From: a virus
Lineage: Duplodnaviria; Caudoviricetes
Length of the DNA: 55,697 bases
IMG/VR virus record: IMGVR_UViG_3300018432_000007
Span: 1 to 55,697 of that record
Strand: one strand, 5' to 3'
In this document: positions 1 to 9,529 of the stretch, in pieces
How positions within the stretch are numbered: the first letter of the stretch is position 1
Layout: the number at the start of each line of letters is the position of its first letter
Notes under the pieces: model-generated
Told to the model about the DNA's origin: nothing
Databases searched by the model: none
Seen by the model: the letters and a program-made list of their open reading frames with translations, nothing else
Translations under genes and position numbers: made by a program

Positions 1-123
1 CGGCGCGGTTCGGGATGGCCGGGTCTTCCAGGATCACCTCGACCAGGACGTCAGCCTGCTCGGCGAGCTTCTTCTGCTCGCTGGTGAGCGGCGAGTTGAA
101 GATCCGCCACTCGGTGCCGCCGC
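1..123. repeat. 123-bp direct terminal overlap with 55575-55697 (circular assembly)
   Basis: Bases 1-123 are identical to the last 123 bases, and the portal ORF reads in frame across the junction. Confidence 0.95.
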
Positions 124-454
124 ACTGTGCGGGGACTCGCACGAGCCAGAACCGGCCGACCACCTGCAGGTGAATCGCCGCAGTGACCGCGCAGCCGCGC
201 AGGTTGCTGCCGAACGCGGTGCGCAGGATCTCGTCACCCTGCTCGGCTTCCTCGCCGTCTACCTCTACGCGCCAGTCCAGCCGGCCGACGAGCCTCGCCT
301 GCTGGTTGACCGCGTAGTGCACCTCGGGGACGCAGCGGTAGATGCGCCACAGGTCGCCGTCCCGCAGAACATCCACCACAGGACGGTCGGGGATTCGGTC
401 GAATGCTCGGACAGTGGCTGCCGCCAGTGGTTCATCTTTCGCGAACAGTCCCAT
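1..454 (-). CDS. Portal protein, N-terminal part (continues at 55574 down to 54040; about 662 aa total)
   Basis: Translated by hand from ATG at 454: MGLFAKDEPLAAATVR...VPEVHYAVNQQARLVGRLDW...GGTEWRIFNSPL...VILEDPAIPNRA, which joins ORF 54040..55611 in frame. Confidence 0.85.
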   Translation of the reverse strand, partial: MGLFAKDEPLAAATVRAFDRIPDRPVVDVLRDGDLWRIYRCVPEVHYAVNQQARLVGRLDWRVEVDGEEAEQGDEILRTAFGSNLRGCAVTAAIHLQVVGRFWLVRVPAQCGGTEWRIFNSPLTSEQKKLAEQADVLVEVILEDPAIPNRA

Positions 455-464
455 GGGCCGAATC

Positions 465-869
465 CTAGGCGTCCGTGGTTTGACCATCACCGAGCGCGAT
501 CAGTTCCCCCTTGGTGTGTCTTCCCCAGGAATTGGCACATCCACACCCAGACCAGGAGAAAGGGCCCCATGAGCCCTTTTTGGCCTGGACCTGTGTGCGC
601 CCCCCAGCGGGCAGCGGGTACTTGCTGACGCTGGTGACGTGCAGCCCTCGGTCGTTGGAGCGGGCGATGTACAGGGCGTCCGCTGTGATGATCAGCCGCG
701 ACCACCGCCATAGGGACCCGCCCGGGCGGTCGCCGCCGTTGTACCGGACGTCTACGGGGTAGATGTCGGCGGGTCCGTCGACGGGCTTGTTGCCGACGCG
801 CTGCCGGGTGGCGGAGCGGTCAGCGGAAGGGGTCAGGGTGTTCTTGGTCCCGATGGGGCGTGAGCGCAT
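465..869 (-). CDS. Hypothetical protein between pyruvyltransferase and portal
   Basis: 134-aa ORF that fills the gap exactly on the operon strand. Confidence 0.7.
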   Translation of the reverse strand: MRSRPIGTKNTLTPSADRSATRQRVGNKPVDGPADIYPVDVRYNGGDRPGGSLWRWSRLIITADALYIARSNDRGLHVTSVSKYPLPAGGRTQVQAKKGSWGPFSWSGCGCANSWGRHTKGELIALGDGQTTDA

Positions 870-878
870 ATCGGGATG

Positions 879-1586
879 CTACGTCGGCAGAGATGTTGCA
901 GCCCTGCGCAGCTGCTCGCATAGGTGGCGCCACACGTCGCGGTCGAGCGGCGGTACCGGGCCCGGGGTGAGGCATGGCCGGCCGGTGCCCAGGTAGTAGT
1001 CCTGGAACTTGAGATTGGTGCTGATCAGGCCGTCCGTGTACGAGCCGTGCCAGGTCACGGGGATGCCGTAGGCATCGGCGGCGATCACGCCGTGCAGGCT
1101 CGTGGTGATGATGCGTTCGCATGCTTTCATCTGCCGGATGACGCGACGCCACCCGCCGCGCGCATCGATGTACAGGGCGTCCGGGTACCGAGCGCGGGCC
1201 GGGGTGGCGTCCACGAAATGCGGCATGATCCCGACCCGGTTGGCCACCTCGATCTCGGGGTTGTACACCTCGGGGAGCAGCAGCGCCGGATCGCCGTATA
1301 CCTGCGGGACGGACACCCCATCGATGCACGACCGGGTGATGGGCCCGCGCACCGCGAGGAACGTCGCCGTCTCCGCCTGGTAGCGGCGGTCATGCTGCAC
1401 CCCGGTCCCCCACACGACGTCGCCGGGGCGTAGGGCGTTCATCACCGAGCCGACGGCGAGCACCTTCCCGTGCTCGCCGCGGTCCACGCGTTCGAGCTCG
1501 TGGCCCAGGTGGCGGAGGATCACGGGCGTCAGGACGTCGCCAAAGTTCTTCGTGTCGGGGTCCCAGTAGGTGCGCATGCGCCCCAT
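879..1586 (-). CDS. Polysaccharide pyruvyl transferase family protein (ExoV-like)
   Basis: NFGD, GSV, VWGTG, AVRGP, GDPALL, PH, SLHG..ADAYGIP and KF.DY motifs; start at 1586 or 1577. Confidence 0.85.
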   Translation of the reverse strand: MGRMRTYWDPDTKNFGDVLTPVILRHLGHELERVDRGEHGKVLAVGSVMNALRPGDVVWGTGVQHDRRYQAETATFLAVRGPITRSCIDGVSVPQVYGDPALLLPEVYNPEIEVANRVGIMPHFVDATPARARYPDALYIDARGGWRRVIRQMKACERIITTSLHGVIAADAYGIPVTWHGSYTDGLISTNLKFQDYYLGTGRPCLTPGPVPPLDRDVWRHLCEQLRRAATSLPT

Positions 1587-1594
1587 GATCGCGG

Positions 1595-3085
1595 CTACCA
1601 GCCCGGCAGCGACCGCGCAGCACGCTCGGTGTCCACGACGGTCTCGCCGACGTCGGAGTGCCGCATACGCCGTAGGGCGTGCGCGAGCGTGTCGGGGATG
1701 TCGTCGTGCGCGGCCGTCGGGAACGCGGTGCACTCGGTCAGGAAGTCGTCGAGCCATGACCGGCCAGACGGGAGCTTCACCTGGTGGGCCTCGACGAGCG
1801 GGGACACCGACTGGACGCGCACGATCTTGGGCCCGGACGGCTTGACCGGCACGATCCCGTCGAGCTCCTTCTGCAGGGTCTCGATCGCGGCGGCGCCGTT
1901 CGCCGCTTCCTCGACCACGTGAGCGATCGCGTCCGGGTACCGCTTGATGAATCCGCGCATCTTCGCGAGCTGCACGGTAAACCCGCCGCGGAACCGGATC
2001 TGGTCGAGCAGGTAGTACGAGCTGCCGGTGCGTTGCCACGCCTGCCCCACCACCCAGTCGCCCGACGTCTCCCCCGCCGTGCCGAAAGACAGGTCCCATG
2101 CGGTGATGATCTGGTCCGCCGGCGGCAGCTCGTCGTCGGTGTAGAACCGCCACCACTCCAGCTTGAAGATCGTGCCATCGAGCTCGCCCGGGTGCTGCTG
2201 ATACAGGGCGTTGAAGATCGCGGACCCAACCTCGATCTTGACCGTCTCCCAGCGGGCCAACGCGTCGTCGCGGTCCTCTTCCTGCTGCACGGACAGCAGC
2301 GGTTCGCCGATCTCGCGGCCGAGCGCGTCGTTGGCCTCGGCCAGTGCGGGGATGACGAGCGTTTCCCATCCGGCCTGTTTCAGCAGCCGGCCGTTCAGGT
2401 CGTCGTCGTGCCACCTGGTGGCGATCGAGAGGATGATCGCGCCCGGCCGCATGCGCGGCTTGATGACGGACTGCCAGACCGTCCACGCCGTGTCCCGGGT
2501 CTTCTGGCTATAGGCGTCCTCCATGTGCTTGATCGGGTCATCGATGATCGCGACGCGTAGACGCCGCCCGGACATCGAGCCCTTGATGCCTCGCGCGATG
2601 ATGCCGCCGCGCTCCGTGGTGGGCACGCCCCAGTCGGTGACACCACCAGTACCCGGGAGCGGGGCGCGCTCGTCGTAGTGGCGCTTCACGTCGCTGGAGA
2701 ACTTCGTGGCCAGCGACGCCTCGGCGCTGACCAGGCCGATCTCCCAGTCCGGGCGGTTCAGGAGCAGCCATAGCGGGAACACCACGCTCGCGGTCTGCGA
2801 CTTACCCGAGCCCGGCGGCATCGAGATGATCAGCTTGGTGTCCTCGCCGCGGTCAGCCCGCTCTACGGCGCGTTCCAGCGCGGCGAGCAGAGCATCCGTG
2901 TGCGGGCGGGCGATGTACTCGTCACCGATGATGTCCCGCGCGAGATCGGGCAGGGACAGTGGCGGCTTGAGGCACTTTTCTAGCCGGTCGAGCAGCCGCA
3001 GCCGGTCTTGCGGCTGCGCGGCGGCGTAGATCTCCCGCACCTCGTCATCGGTGCACCCGCACAGCGGGTCAGTCTCCACGGCCAT
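1595..3085 (-). CDS. terL: Terminase large subunit
   Basis: Walker A SMPPGSGKS, Walker B VAIIDDP, TRWH.DDL.G, and nuclease motifs WDLS and HDDIPD. Confidence 0.95.
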   Translation of the reverse strand: MAVETDPLCGCTDDEVREIYAAAQPQDRLRLLDRLEKCLKPPLSLPDLARDIIGDEYIARPHTDALLAALERAVERADRGEDTKLIISMPPGSGKSQTASVVFPLWLLLNRPDWEIGLVSAEASLATKFSSDVKRHYDERAPLPGTGGVTDWGVPTTERGGIIARGIKGSMSGRRLRVAIIDDPIKHMEDAYSQKTRDTAWTVWQSVIKPRMRPGAIILSIATRWHDDDLNGRLLKQAGWETLVIPALAEANDALGREIGEPLLSVQQEEDRDDALARWETVKIEVGSAIFNALYQQHPGELDGTIFKLEWWRFYTDDELPPADQIITAWDLSFGTAGETSGDWVVGQAWQRTGSSYYLLDQIRFRGGFTVQLAKMRGFIKRYPDAIAHVVEEAANGAAAIETLQKELDGIVPVKPSGPKIVRVQSVSPLVEAHQVKLPSGRSWLDDFLTECTAFPTAAHDDIPDTLAHALRRMRHSDVGETVVDTERAARSLPGW

Positions 3086-3452
3086 CCTGTGCGCCACGTC
3101 GCGCGTTGATGATGGCGTTCAGACGTGCGTCGCTGTCCTGCACGGTGACCGTGCTCGACGGGCCGTTGCCGGTGCGGTCCAGGATCGCGATCGCGGCCTT
3201 GATCACGTCGCTGTCCTTGGACATGGACAGTCCGAACTCGTCGCTCGCGCCGCGCTCGACGATCCGGCCCAGGCTGCGGATCGCCGACTCGACGTAATCG
3301 TTCAGGCTCTTCTTGCTCTGCTCGATGCGGCGCTGTGGGTGGTCGACGTGACGTGTGCAGTAGATGCTGTCCGCTTTGGCGCGGTTCTTGCACTGACGGA
3401 GCGGCCCTACCGATCCACCCTTCACCATGTGCTTGCAGTACGGCCTGACCAT
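3069..3452 (-). CDS. Probable terminase small subunit
   Basis: Directly upstream of terL; C..C..C..H N-terminus and 'AAIAILDRTG' motif; SD GGAGG. Confidence 0.65.
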   Translation of the reverse strand: MVRPYCKHMVKGGSVGPLRQCKNRAKADSIYCTRHVDHPQRRIEQSKKSLNDYVESAIRSLGRIVERGASDEFGLSMSKDSDVIKAAIAILDRTGNGPSSTVTVQDSDARLNAIINARRGAQDGRGD

Positions 3453-3476
3453 TCCTCCCCCTCGGTTGTGCTCACT

Positions 3477-3779
3477 TCACCGCTGTAGACGGTTGTCTAC
3501 GCTCCCGGTGACCCCGCATACGGTCGACGCGGCGAGAGCGATCGCGACAGCCTCACGGCGCGTGCAGAGCCCTGCACGCCACAGCGCGGCCGTCAGTGCG
3601 ACAGATGCCCAGAACCCGATGCACCACGGGCAGGACACGAGATCTGACACCCACTGGGCCACGGGATGCTGCGACGCCATCAGCCGGCCGTGGAACGGTT
3701 CGGTGATGGCGTCCACGCCAGCGATGCGGTAGATCCGGAACGCGGCCAGGCCGATGACTATCGCCCACACGAGAGGCAT
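3477..3779 (-). CDS. DUF1360-like membrane protein
   Basis: '[14 protein letters not shown]' and 'L.SCPWC.GFW' motifs with hydrophobic segments. Confidence 0.75.
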   Translation of the reverse strand: MPLVWAIVIGLAAFRIYRIAGVDAITEPFHGRLMASQHPVAQWVSDLVSCPWCIGFWASVALTAALWRAGLCTRREAVAIALAASTVCGVTGSVDNRLQR

Positions 3780-4723
3780 TTGGTTTTCGCCTTTCTGGCT
3801 ATCTGGACATGGCGCGCGGTCGCGGCCATGCGTCGCTCTTGCGGTGTCGGGTCCGGGTGGCCGGCGGGCGCCAGAGCTGTCTCCGGGACCACGCGGGTAC
3901 CGGTCTCGGTCTTGAGTACCCGGTACCGCATGCGTGCCTTGCGGGCCGTGCGCGGGTCGGGCATCGCGGGCGCCGGAGCGTGCATGTTGCGGTCCGGGAT
4001 CCCGGGCAGCTCGAACGGCGACGAGGTCCCCAGGCCACGGCGTAGCAGGTGCGGCTCGACCGCGTTGCGGAACGTGCCCTCGACCGACGAGAGCCACGCG
4101 TGCGGCGTCGGGCCACGGTTCGCGGTGTAGATCTTGGGGTCACGCATCACGGTCCCGCCCAGGCCCTGCAGGTTGCCGTACAGGGTGCGGACGTGGGGCG
4201 CCTGGGAGCGCATCCCCGCCGCGAGATCGAGCGCCCGGAGCATCGCGGCCTTGTGGATCAGGAGCGGCGTGTGAACGTCGTAGTTGTACAGCCGCTGCCC
4301 GGGCAGGAGCTTCCCCATCAGCTGGTCCGTCTCGCGCAGCCCGACTGCCCATTTCGATGTCCATGTGGCGAACAACGGGGTGACCTTCCGCGACTCGCCG
4401 CGGTGGATCGGCAGCAGGTCCCGCACGGGCGCCAGGCAATAGAAATCGTCGTTCCACAGCACCCACGGGTCCGACACGTCCGGGGACTCGCACGCCCACC
4501 GGTAGTGAGCCCTGGTGGTGGCGTACTTCATCATCAGCGTGGGCCGCTTCACTGCGGTCAGCCGGTCGTGATCGAGCCGCAGCCACCGGGGCCAGGAGCC
4601 CACGATCCAGATGTGCCGGTAGTCGAAATTTCGTTCGATCGACCGCAGCGCGAACCGTAGTTCTCGGTTGTCCCCGGGTCGGCAGGGAATCACGACGTCG
4701 GGAGCATCCTCACGGTGCGGCAT
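3758..4723 (-). CDS. Stealth-family-like (hexose-1-phosphate transferase-like) protein with basic C-terminal tail
   Basis: [31 protein letters not shown] and H.P motifs resembling Stealth conserved regions. Confidence 0.7.
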   Translation of the reverse strand: MPHREDAPDVVIPCRPGDNRELRFALRSIERNFDYRHIWIVGSWPRWLRLDHDRLTAVKRPTLMMKYATTRAHYRWACESPDVSDPWVLWNDDFYCLAPVRDLLPIHRGESRKVTPLFATWTSKWAVGLRETDQLMGKLLPGQRLYNYDVHTPLLIHKAAMLRALDLAAGMRSQAPHVRTLYGNLQGLGGTVMRDPKIYTANRGPTPHAWLSSVEGTFRNAVEPHLLRRGLGTSSPFELPGIPDRNMHAPAPAMPDPRTARKARMRYRVLKTETGTRVVPETALAPAGHPDPTPQERRMAATARHVQIARKAKTKCLSCGR

Positions 4724-4733
4724 GTTGCGCATA

Positions 4734-5021
4734 CTAGCCAGGCACTGACCCCCCATCCGGGGTCGACTCGGCAACCGACTCGGTGAACGACACGCCAGGC
4801 TGTGTGGCGACCGGGAGCCGCGCCGACGCGGGCAGCCCGGGGCGCTGAGCAGGAGCGGCGCCGATCGCCGCCGCAGCCGCTGCAGCGGACCCAGGCCGGG
4901 GCGTGGCGGGTGCGGGGCGGTGCCCGGCGCTCGGTGCCTGGTCGCCCAGGAGAGCGGCCAGCAGGGCCCGGTCACGGTCGTTCAGGGGGTGCGTCGTATC
5001 GATGGTGAGGATCACGCCCAT
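4734..5021 (-). CDS. Hypothetical protein
   Basis: [13 protein letters not shown]...; fills the gap on the operon strand. Confidence 0.5.
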   Translation of the reverse strand: MGVILTIDTTHPLNDRDRALLAALLGDQAPSAGHRPAPATPRPGSAAAAAAAIGAAPAQRPGLPASARLPVATQPGVSFTESVAESTPDGGSVPG

Positions 5022-5086
5022 ACGGTGACATGCCAACGCCCCGCACGCTGTAGGGCGTGCGGGGCGCTGATGCGCTCGCTGGAGTG

Positions 5087-5410
5087 CTAGAACAGGATGC
5101 CCTGCGTATCGCGCTCCGTCCAGCGCTGCAGCATCGTCTCGATACGGTCGTCGCGCCCGAGCAGGCTCCCGAGCAGGATCGCCGCGGTGTCGGCCGGCGG
5201 CTCGACGACCGGGGCCCGCAGCTCGTCGTCCTCGTGGGTGTCGTCGCCAGCAGCGAGCGCCATCCAGTCGGGCGTGTCGGGATCGATGTGGGTGCGGCGT
5301 GCGTCGGCGATGCGGCAAAGGGGGCAGAGGGGGGTGCCCTCGCTGGTCGTCTTGTCGGTGCGCTCGCCGTGGGGGCAGGGGGCAAGCGGCGTGTAGGGGG
5401 TGGTACGCAT
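5087..5410 (-). CDS. Hypothetical protein with CPH...CPLC putative zinc site
   Basis: ATG preceded by GGGAGGGA SD. Confidence 0.6.
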   Translation of the reverse strand: MRTTPYTPLAPCPHGERTDKTTSEGTPLCPLCRIADARRTHIDPDTPDWMALAAGDDTHEDDELRAPVVEPPADTAAILLGSLLGRDDRIETMLQRWTERDTQGILF

Positions 5411-5497
5411 CGTTTCCCTCCCGATCTGTTCTAGCCGTCCGTGTGGTCCCATTATCGAATGGAAACGCCGTAATCGCTAGCACAAATCGAAATGCAT

Positions 5498-5785
5498 CTA
5501 TGCGTCACCGGCGCCGCTGGGAAGCGTCTCCGTCCGGTGGCAGTTCCCGCAGGTCCGCTCATGCCGGAACGGCTCGGGATCACCGAAGTACCCGAACGTG
5601 ATGGTGATCCACCCGTGCCCACGGATCCGGCACTGCAGCGCACGGAACACGCGGCGCCGCTCCACCCATCCCGCGAGCTCGTCGAGCATCCTGAACACGA
5701 TCACCACGACGCACGTGGCGCAGAACACCGTGGCCACCACGGCGATCCCCACGGCCACCTGCTGGACGAACTCGGGGAACGTCAT
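5498..5785 (-). CDS. Small membrane protein with C...H.W...C..C motif
   Basis: N-terminal TM segment; start overlaps the upstream stop (ATGA). Confidence 0.6.
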   Translation of the reverse strand: MTFPEFVQQVAVGIAVVATVFCATCVVVIVFRMLDELAGWVERRRVFRALQCRIRGHGWITITFGYFGDPEPFRHERTCGNCHRTETLPSGAGDA

Positions 5786-6027
5786 GGCCGCGCCACCCCG
5801 CAGCGCGTGCACCGCACCATGGCGATAGCCGGCCACCAACCCGGCGCGCCGTCGTCGCGATCCCACACGGTCACGTACCGGTGGCGCCCGAACGCGCACA
5901 GGATGGGCCGCTGCGCGTAGGGCAGCGGTGGGCGCGGCATCGCCTCGGTCAGGCGGGCGGACATGCTGCCGTCATCGTCGGCGGAGATCTCGACGACGAG
6001 GCCGCGCCGCGAGCGCCGCCGGGTCAT
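5782..6027 (-). CDS. Small protein with C..GRH...C..C motif
   Basis: ATGA-coupled to both neighbours. Confidence 0.6.
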   Translation of the reverse strand: MTRRRSRRGLVVEISADDDGSMSARLTEAMPRPPLPYAQRPILCAFGRHRYVTVWDRDDGAPGWWPAIAMVRCTRCGVARP

Positions 6028-6437
6028 GAGTTCGCTCTCTGGGCCATGGCCGCGATGTCGGCGCGGCCCCAGAGGATGGCGAGGCGCCGACGTTCCGCCG
6101 GGGTGAGGAGGATGGCGCGGTCCAGTACCGCGATGATCCGCGCGGCGGGTGCGGCCCAGCTCTCGACGTTGTCCTCTGTGGAGCGTTCGAGATCTCCGAT
6201 CGCCTCGACCTGGTAGAGGTCACCTCGGCCGTACAGCGAGGCGTAATAGCGGGCATACCACCGCTCGGGCGTGAGGTAGACGCGGTCCGGGTGCCGCGGC
6301 AGTCCGTCGCGCTCGGGTGGGAGCTCGGCGCGCGCGGCACACCAGGTGCACCCGTCGTGTACCTTCCGGCCGTGGCCCGGCTCGATCAGGTCTCCTACCC
6401 GCAGGCTCGGGGCGCCACCGTGGAACAGGCGCATCAT
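6024..6437 (-). CDS. ADP-ribosyltransferase-fold protein, Arr (rifampin ART)-like
   Basis: 'LFHGG..L.VGDLI.PG', 'VYLT' and 'G.LYQVE..G.LE' match the Arr-family motif order. Confidence 0.6.
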   Translation of the reverse strand: MMRLFHGGAPSLRVGDLIEPGHGRKVHDGCTWCAARAELPPERDGLPRHPDRVYLTPERWYARYYASLYGRGDLYQVEAIGDLERSTEDNVESWAAPAARIIAVLDRAILLTPAERRRLAILWGRADIAAMAQRANS

Positions 6438-6582
6438 CGGTTCCTCCGCATCTTCCGTCCGAGCCACCGCACGGGCCGCTCGACCTGTCGCAGCACGGCG
6501 ACGAGCCACCGGGGCCGGGACGCTGCGTACAGGATCGCCATGGCGTACGCGAACATCAGCAGCAGGAGCACGATCCAGTCGT

Positions 6583-6996
6583 TCATGCGTCTCTCCATGC
6601 GGGGTCGAAGTCGTGCCGGTAGGTGTAGACCTGCAGCAGGGCCCGGATGATGGGCGACGTCGGCGGGTCGTCCCCGAACCGGGCCCGGTACTGCTGCGTG
6701 GTCACCCAGTCGATCTGTTGCGTGAAGTGCGCCACCCACTGCTCGCCCGGCATGTGCGGCTGCATCTCCACGGCCGGCGGTGTCTCCAGCAGGAGCGGCC
6801 ACTGCTCGTGCAGGTCCAGGATCTTCATCTTGGCGACCACCTCGGCGCACTGCTGTTCACCAGGGCCGATGTGGATGCGGCGCCCACACCGGCACTGGAT
6901 GGTCGGCAGGTAGTCGAGCTCGGGCACGCGGCTACGTCGACAGGTCTCGGCTTCCTCCTCGTACCGGGCCCGCAGGTACGCCACCTCGGGGCTCAC
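6583..6996 (-). CDS. DUF6221-like protein, paralog 3
   Basis: N-term YLRARYEEE, central AK.KIL..H, C-term 'LLQVY..RHDFDPAW'; GTG start overlaps the upstream stop. Confidence 0.65.
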   Translation of the reverse strand: MSPEVAYLRARYEEEAETCRRSRVPELDYLPTIQCRCGRRIHIGPGEQQCAEVVAKMKILDLHEQWPLLLETPPAVEMQPHMPGEQWVAHFTQQIDWVTTQQYRARFGDDPPTSPIIRALLQVYTYRHDFDPAWRDA

Positions 6997-7322
6997 AGCT
7001 TCCACCTGGGGTCGAAGTCCGCCCGGGCCGCGTACGGCTGCAGCAGCACGCGGACGATGATTTCCGTGTGCGGCGCGGCGCCGAGACGCTTCCTGTAGGC
7101 GTCCGTGGTCAGGGCCTGCTCGTGCATCGCCAAGATCGCGCGCTTGGCCGCGATGTCCGCGAGCACGTGCGCCGGCGAGACCCACAGCACCCGGGTCTGG
7201 TCGTGGTAGTCGTACTGGGGATCGAGCACCCACTGCTCGTCCCCGTTGTACTGGGGCACCGACTGGGCGTCTACTTCCTCCTCCGCGTAGCGGTCACGGA
7301 GGTACCTCAGTTCGGCGCTCAT
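6993..7322 (-). CDS. DUF6221-like protein, paralog 2
   Basis: YLRDRYAEEE, 'VLADIAAKRAIL..H', 'LLQPYA.RADFDPRW'. Confidence 0.75.
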   Translation of the reverse strand: MSAELRYLRDRYAEEEVDAQSVPQYNGDEQWVLDPQYDYHDQTRVLWVSPAHVLADIAAKRAILAMHEQALTTDAYRKRLGAAPHTEIIVRVLLQPYAARADFDPRWKL

Positions 7323-7738
7323 AGTTCCCACGCCGGGTCGTAGTCGCGGTGGTCACTGTCGAGCGCGGCGAACCGCTGCAGCATGAGCACGGCGAGTTGC
7401 GCGACGAGCTCGCGGGCTTCCTCCCCGAACTCCCAGGCGCGCACGGTCGCGGCGTGCAGCCCGGTGACCATCTCGCGCCGCGCCTCGATCTCGGCCAGGA
7501 CCTGCACAGGGCCATTGGCGGCGATGTGCATCGCGTTGAACGTCCGCGGCTTGCCATCCTCGTCCACCATCACGGTGTGGGCGACGTCGGTGCAGTTCTC
7601 GACCAGACTCCGGCCGTCCGGGTCGGCCATCACCGACATGCCCCACACCTTCCACCTCCCGGGTGTGCACTTGAGCGCTCGCTGCTGCCGCTCGTCGAGC
7701 CGGGCAAGGATGAACTTCACCATCTCGTCAACAGCCAC
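7319..7738 (-). CDS. DUF6221-like protein, paralog 1
   Basis: FILARLDE, 'HIA...P..VLAEIEARR', 'DHRDYDPAW'. Confidence 0.75.
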   Translation of the reverse strand: MAVDEMVKFILARLDERQQRALKCTPGRWKVWGMSVMADPDGRSLVENCTDVAHTVMVDEDGKPRTFNAMHIAANGPVQVLAEIEARREMVTGLHAATVRAWEFGEEARELVAQLAVLMLQRFAALDSDHRDYDPAWEL

Positions 7739-8279
7739 CGGGGCACGTCCCTTCTGTCGGTGTGGTCGTGGTGTCTACCTCTGGCGCGCGCAGCTGCTCG
7801 ACCTCGTCCGCGAACTGCCGCAGGATCGCCGCAGTGAACGGGGTGTCACGCTGCATGTCGTCAGCGAGCGCCCGCAAGCGACGCTCGACGGGCCCGGAAC
7901 CGGGCGGTGCACTCCACGGCTCGGGGAACACCTTGTGGACGTACGGGATCACGTCGATCTGAGGGCGCGTGTTCAGCCTCGGACGGGCGCTGGGCTGTTC
8001 GATGTACCCGTTGACGAGCGGGATCCCAGCGCGCTCGATCAGGACGTGTGTCGGTCCCCCGAGGCTCGCGGTCACCCGCACCTTGGACAGGCCGTAGTCA
8101 TCCTCGGTGTCCCGGCGGAGCAGCCCGGCCTCGTGCAGTGCGTGCACCTGGTGCTCTTCCCGGCTGTGTATGTCGTGCGCATCGCCGCTCGGGCAGCACA
8201 GCCCGTCATGGTCCATGCACGCCATGCGGTCGGTGTCGTGGTCGATCAGGATGCGTACGGCCTCGGTGATCGTGCTCAT
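7728..8279 (-). CDS. Hypothetical protein
   Basis: 183-aa ORF coupled to neighbours. Confidence 0.65.
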   Translation of the reverse strand: MSTITEAVRILIDHDTDRMACMDHDGLCCPSGDAHDIHSREEHQVHALHEAGLLRRDTEDDYGLSKVRVTASLGGPTHVLIERAGIPLVNGYIEQPSARPRLNTRPQIDVIPYVHKVFPEPWSAPPGSGPVERRLRALADDMQRDTPFTAAILRQFADEVEQLRAPEVDTTTTPTEGTCPGGC

Positions 8280-8635
8280 GCCACAGCCCCCTCGACTGTC
8301 CAGGGCAGCGCGAGCCCGTCGCCCTCACGACGCGGAATCAGGTGCAGATGGAGGTGGAACACGGTCTGCGTTGCGGCAGGGCCGCGGGAGGTGATCAGGT
8401 TCATGTCGCCGCCCATCTCCCGGGCGAGCTGCGCGGCGCTCATCATGGCCCACAGCAAGGTCTCGGAACCGCTCGTGAAGTCGGGCGCGTGGTCCTTGGG
8501 GATCACGAGCGTGTGGCCCTCGGTCACGGGCTCCAGAGGAACGATCGCCAGGGCGTTCGGCCAGTCGCGGACGACGGTGGCCGGTGCTCGGCCGGCGATG
8601 ATCTCGCAGAACACGCAGAAGTCGTCAAGGTCCAT
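8276..8635 (-). CDS. HIT family nucleotide hydrolase
   Basis: CVFCEI, GHTLVIPK.H and QTVFHLHLHLIPR histidine triad. Confidence 0.92.
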   Translation of the reverse strand: MDLDDFCVFCEIIAGRAPATVVRDWPNALAIVPLEPVTEGHTLVIPKDHAPDFTSGSETLLWAMMSAAQLAREMGGDMNLITSRGPAATQTVFHLHLHLIPRREGDGLALPWTVEGAVA

Positions 8636-8843
8636 CGGTAGTTCCTTTCGGTGGGGCCCATCCGTGCGTGTCGCAGTCCGGGCACCGGCGGTTGCTCCAG
8701 CCCTGGGATATGCGGCGCGCGGCGACGTTCGAGGCGTCCACATACCCATCGGGCAGGGGGTGGTCGTGCAGGGGGTTGGGGCAGTCGGTGCCGCGAGCGC
8801 CGGGGCGCTCGTCACCACCACAGATGTACGTCGCGCCGGTCAT
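8625..8843 (-). CDS. Small Cys/His-rich protein
   Basis: CPN..H..CPDC motif; coupled ORF. Confidence 0.6.
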   Translation of the reverse strand: MTGATYICGGDERPGARGTDCPNPLHDHPLPDGYVDASNVAARRISQGWSNRRCPDCDTHGWAPPKGTTDGP

Positions 8844-9529
8844 GGGCGGTCGTCCCAGTCCTTGCGCAGGTCGTCCAGGTAGTTCTCGGGGTAGTCGACG
8901 CTGAGCCGGGCCGCATCATCCAGGGCCGCGATCTCGGGATGGTTGGGACGGGCCCGGACGATGTAGTCCTCGCGGTACCGGGTGCCCGCGTCGCCGGGGC
9001 GTAGCCAAGGGTGGTTCGCACGGAGCCCGTCGATCGGTGACCACCACGCGGTGAACTTGACACCGTCCTGGGTGGTCACGTCGTACAGGGCGCCCTCGAT
9101 CAGGTCGGGCATGAGCGGGGTGTGCTTGTCGAGCGTCCATGACGCGTGCTGCGGGCCGATCCACAGCGGGTATGGCGGGTAGCCCTCGATGTGCACCCCG
9201 ATGCCCTTGGCCGGGTTGCGGTCGATCCGGGTCACGGGGCCGATGGCGCGGGCCATCTTGAGCGTGAGTTCTACGGTGTCGCCTACCTCGATCAGTTCGG
9301 GGTCGGGCATGGGGTTCTCCTCGGGGTAAGGGGTCAGGGCGTAGTCGTTCTTCGCGGACTCGCGGGCGATCCGGCCGAGCTCGCGGAACGCCTCGGCTAT
9401 CGGCGTGACGACGTCGGCGTGCCACATCCGACCGGCGGCGTGGAATGCGCGGTGCATGTCTCGGACCTGCTGGACTCCGTCAGGCAGTGGGCCGATGAAC
9501 TCGCAGGCGTCGCACACGTCGTTGATCAT
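8840..9529 (-). CDS. Hypothetical protein (possible internal start at 9310)
   Basis: MINDVCDAC...; a second SD GAGGAG precedes MPDPEL in the same frame. Confidence 0.6.
   Translation of the reverse strand: MINDVCDACEFIGPLPDGVQQVRDMHRAFHAAGRMWHADVVTPIAEAFRELGRIARESAKNDYALTPYPEENPMPDPELIEVGDTVELTLKMARAIGPVTRIDRNPAKGIGVHIEGYPPYPLWIGPQHASWTLDKHTPLMPDLIEGALYDVTTQDGVKFTAWWSPIDGLRANHPWLRPGDAGTRYREDYIVRARPNHPEIAALDDAARLSVDYPENYLDDLRKDWDDRP

Noticed and set aside
879-2486. 535-aa form of the pyruvyltransferase ORF
   Set aside because: The 5' 300 codons overlap terL in another frame; motifs begin only after 1586
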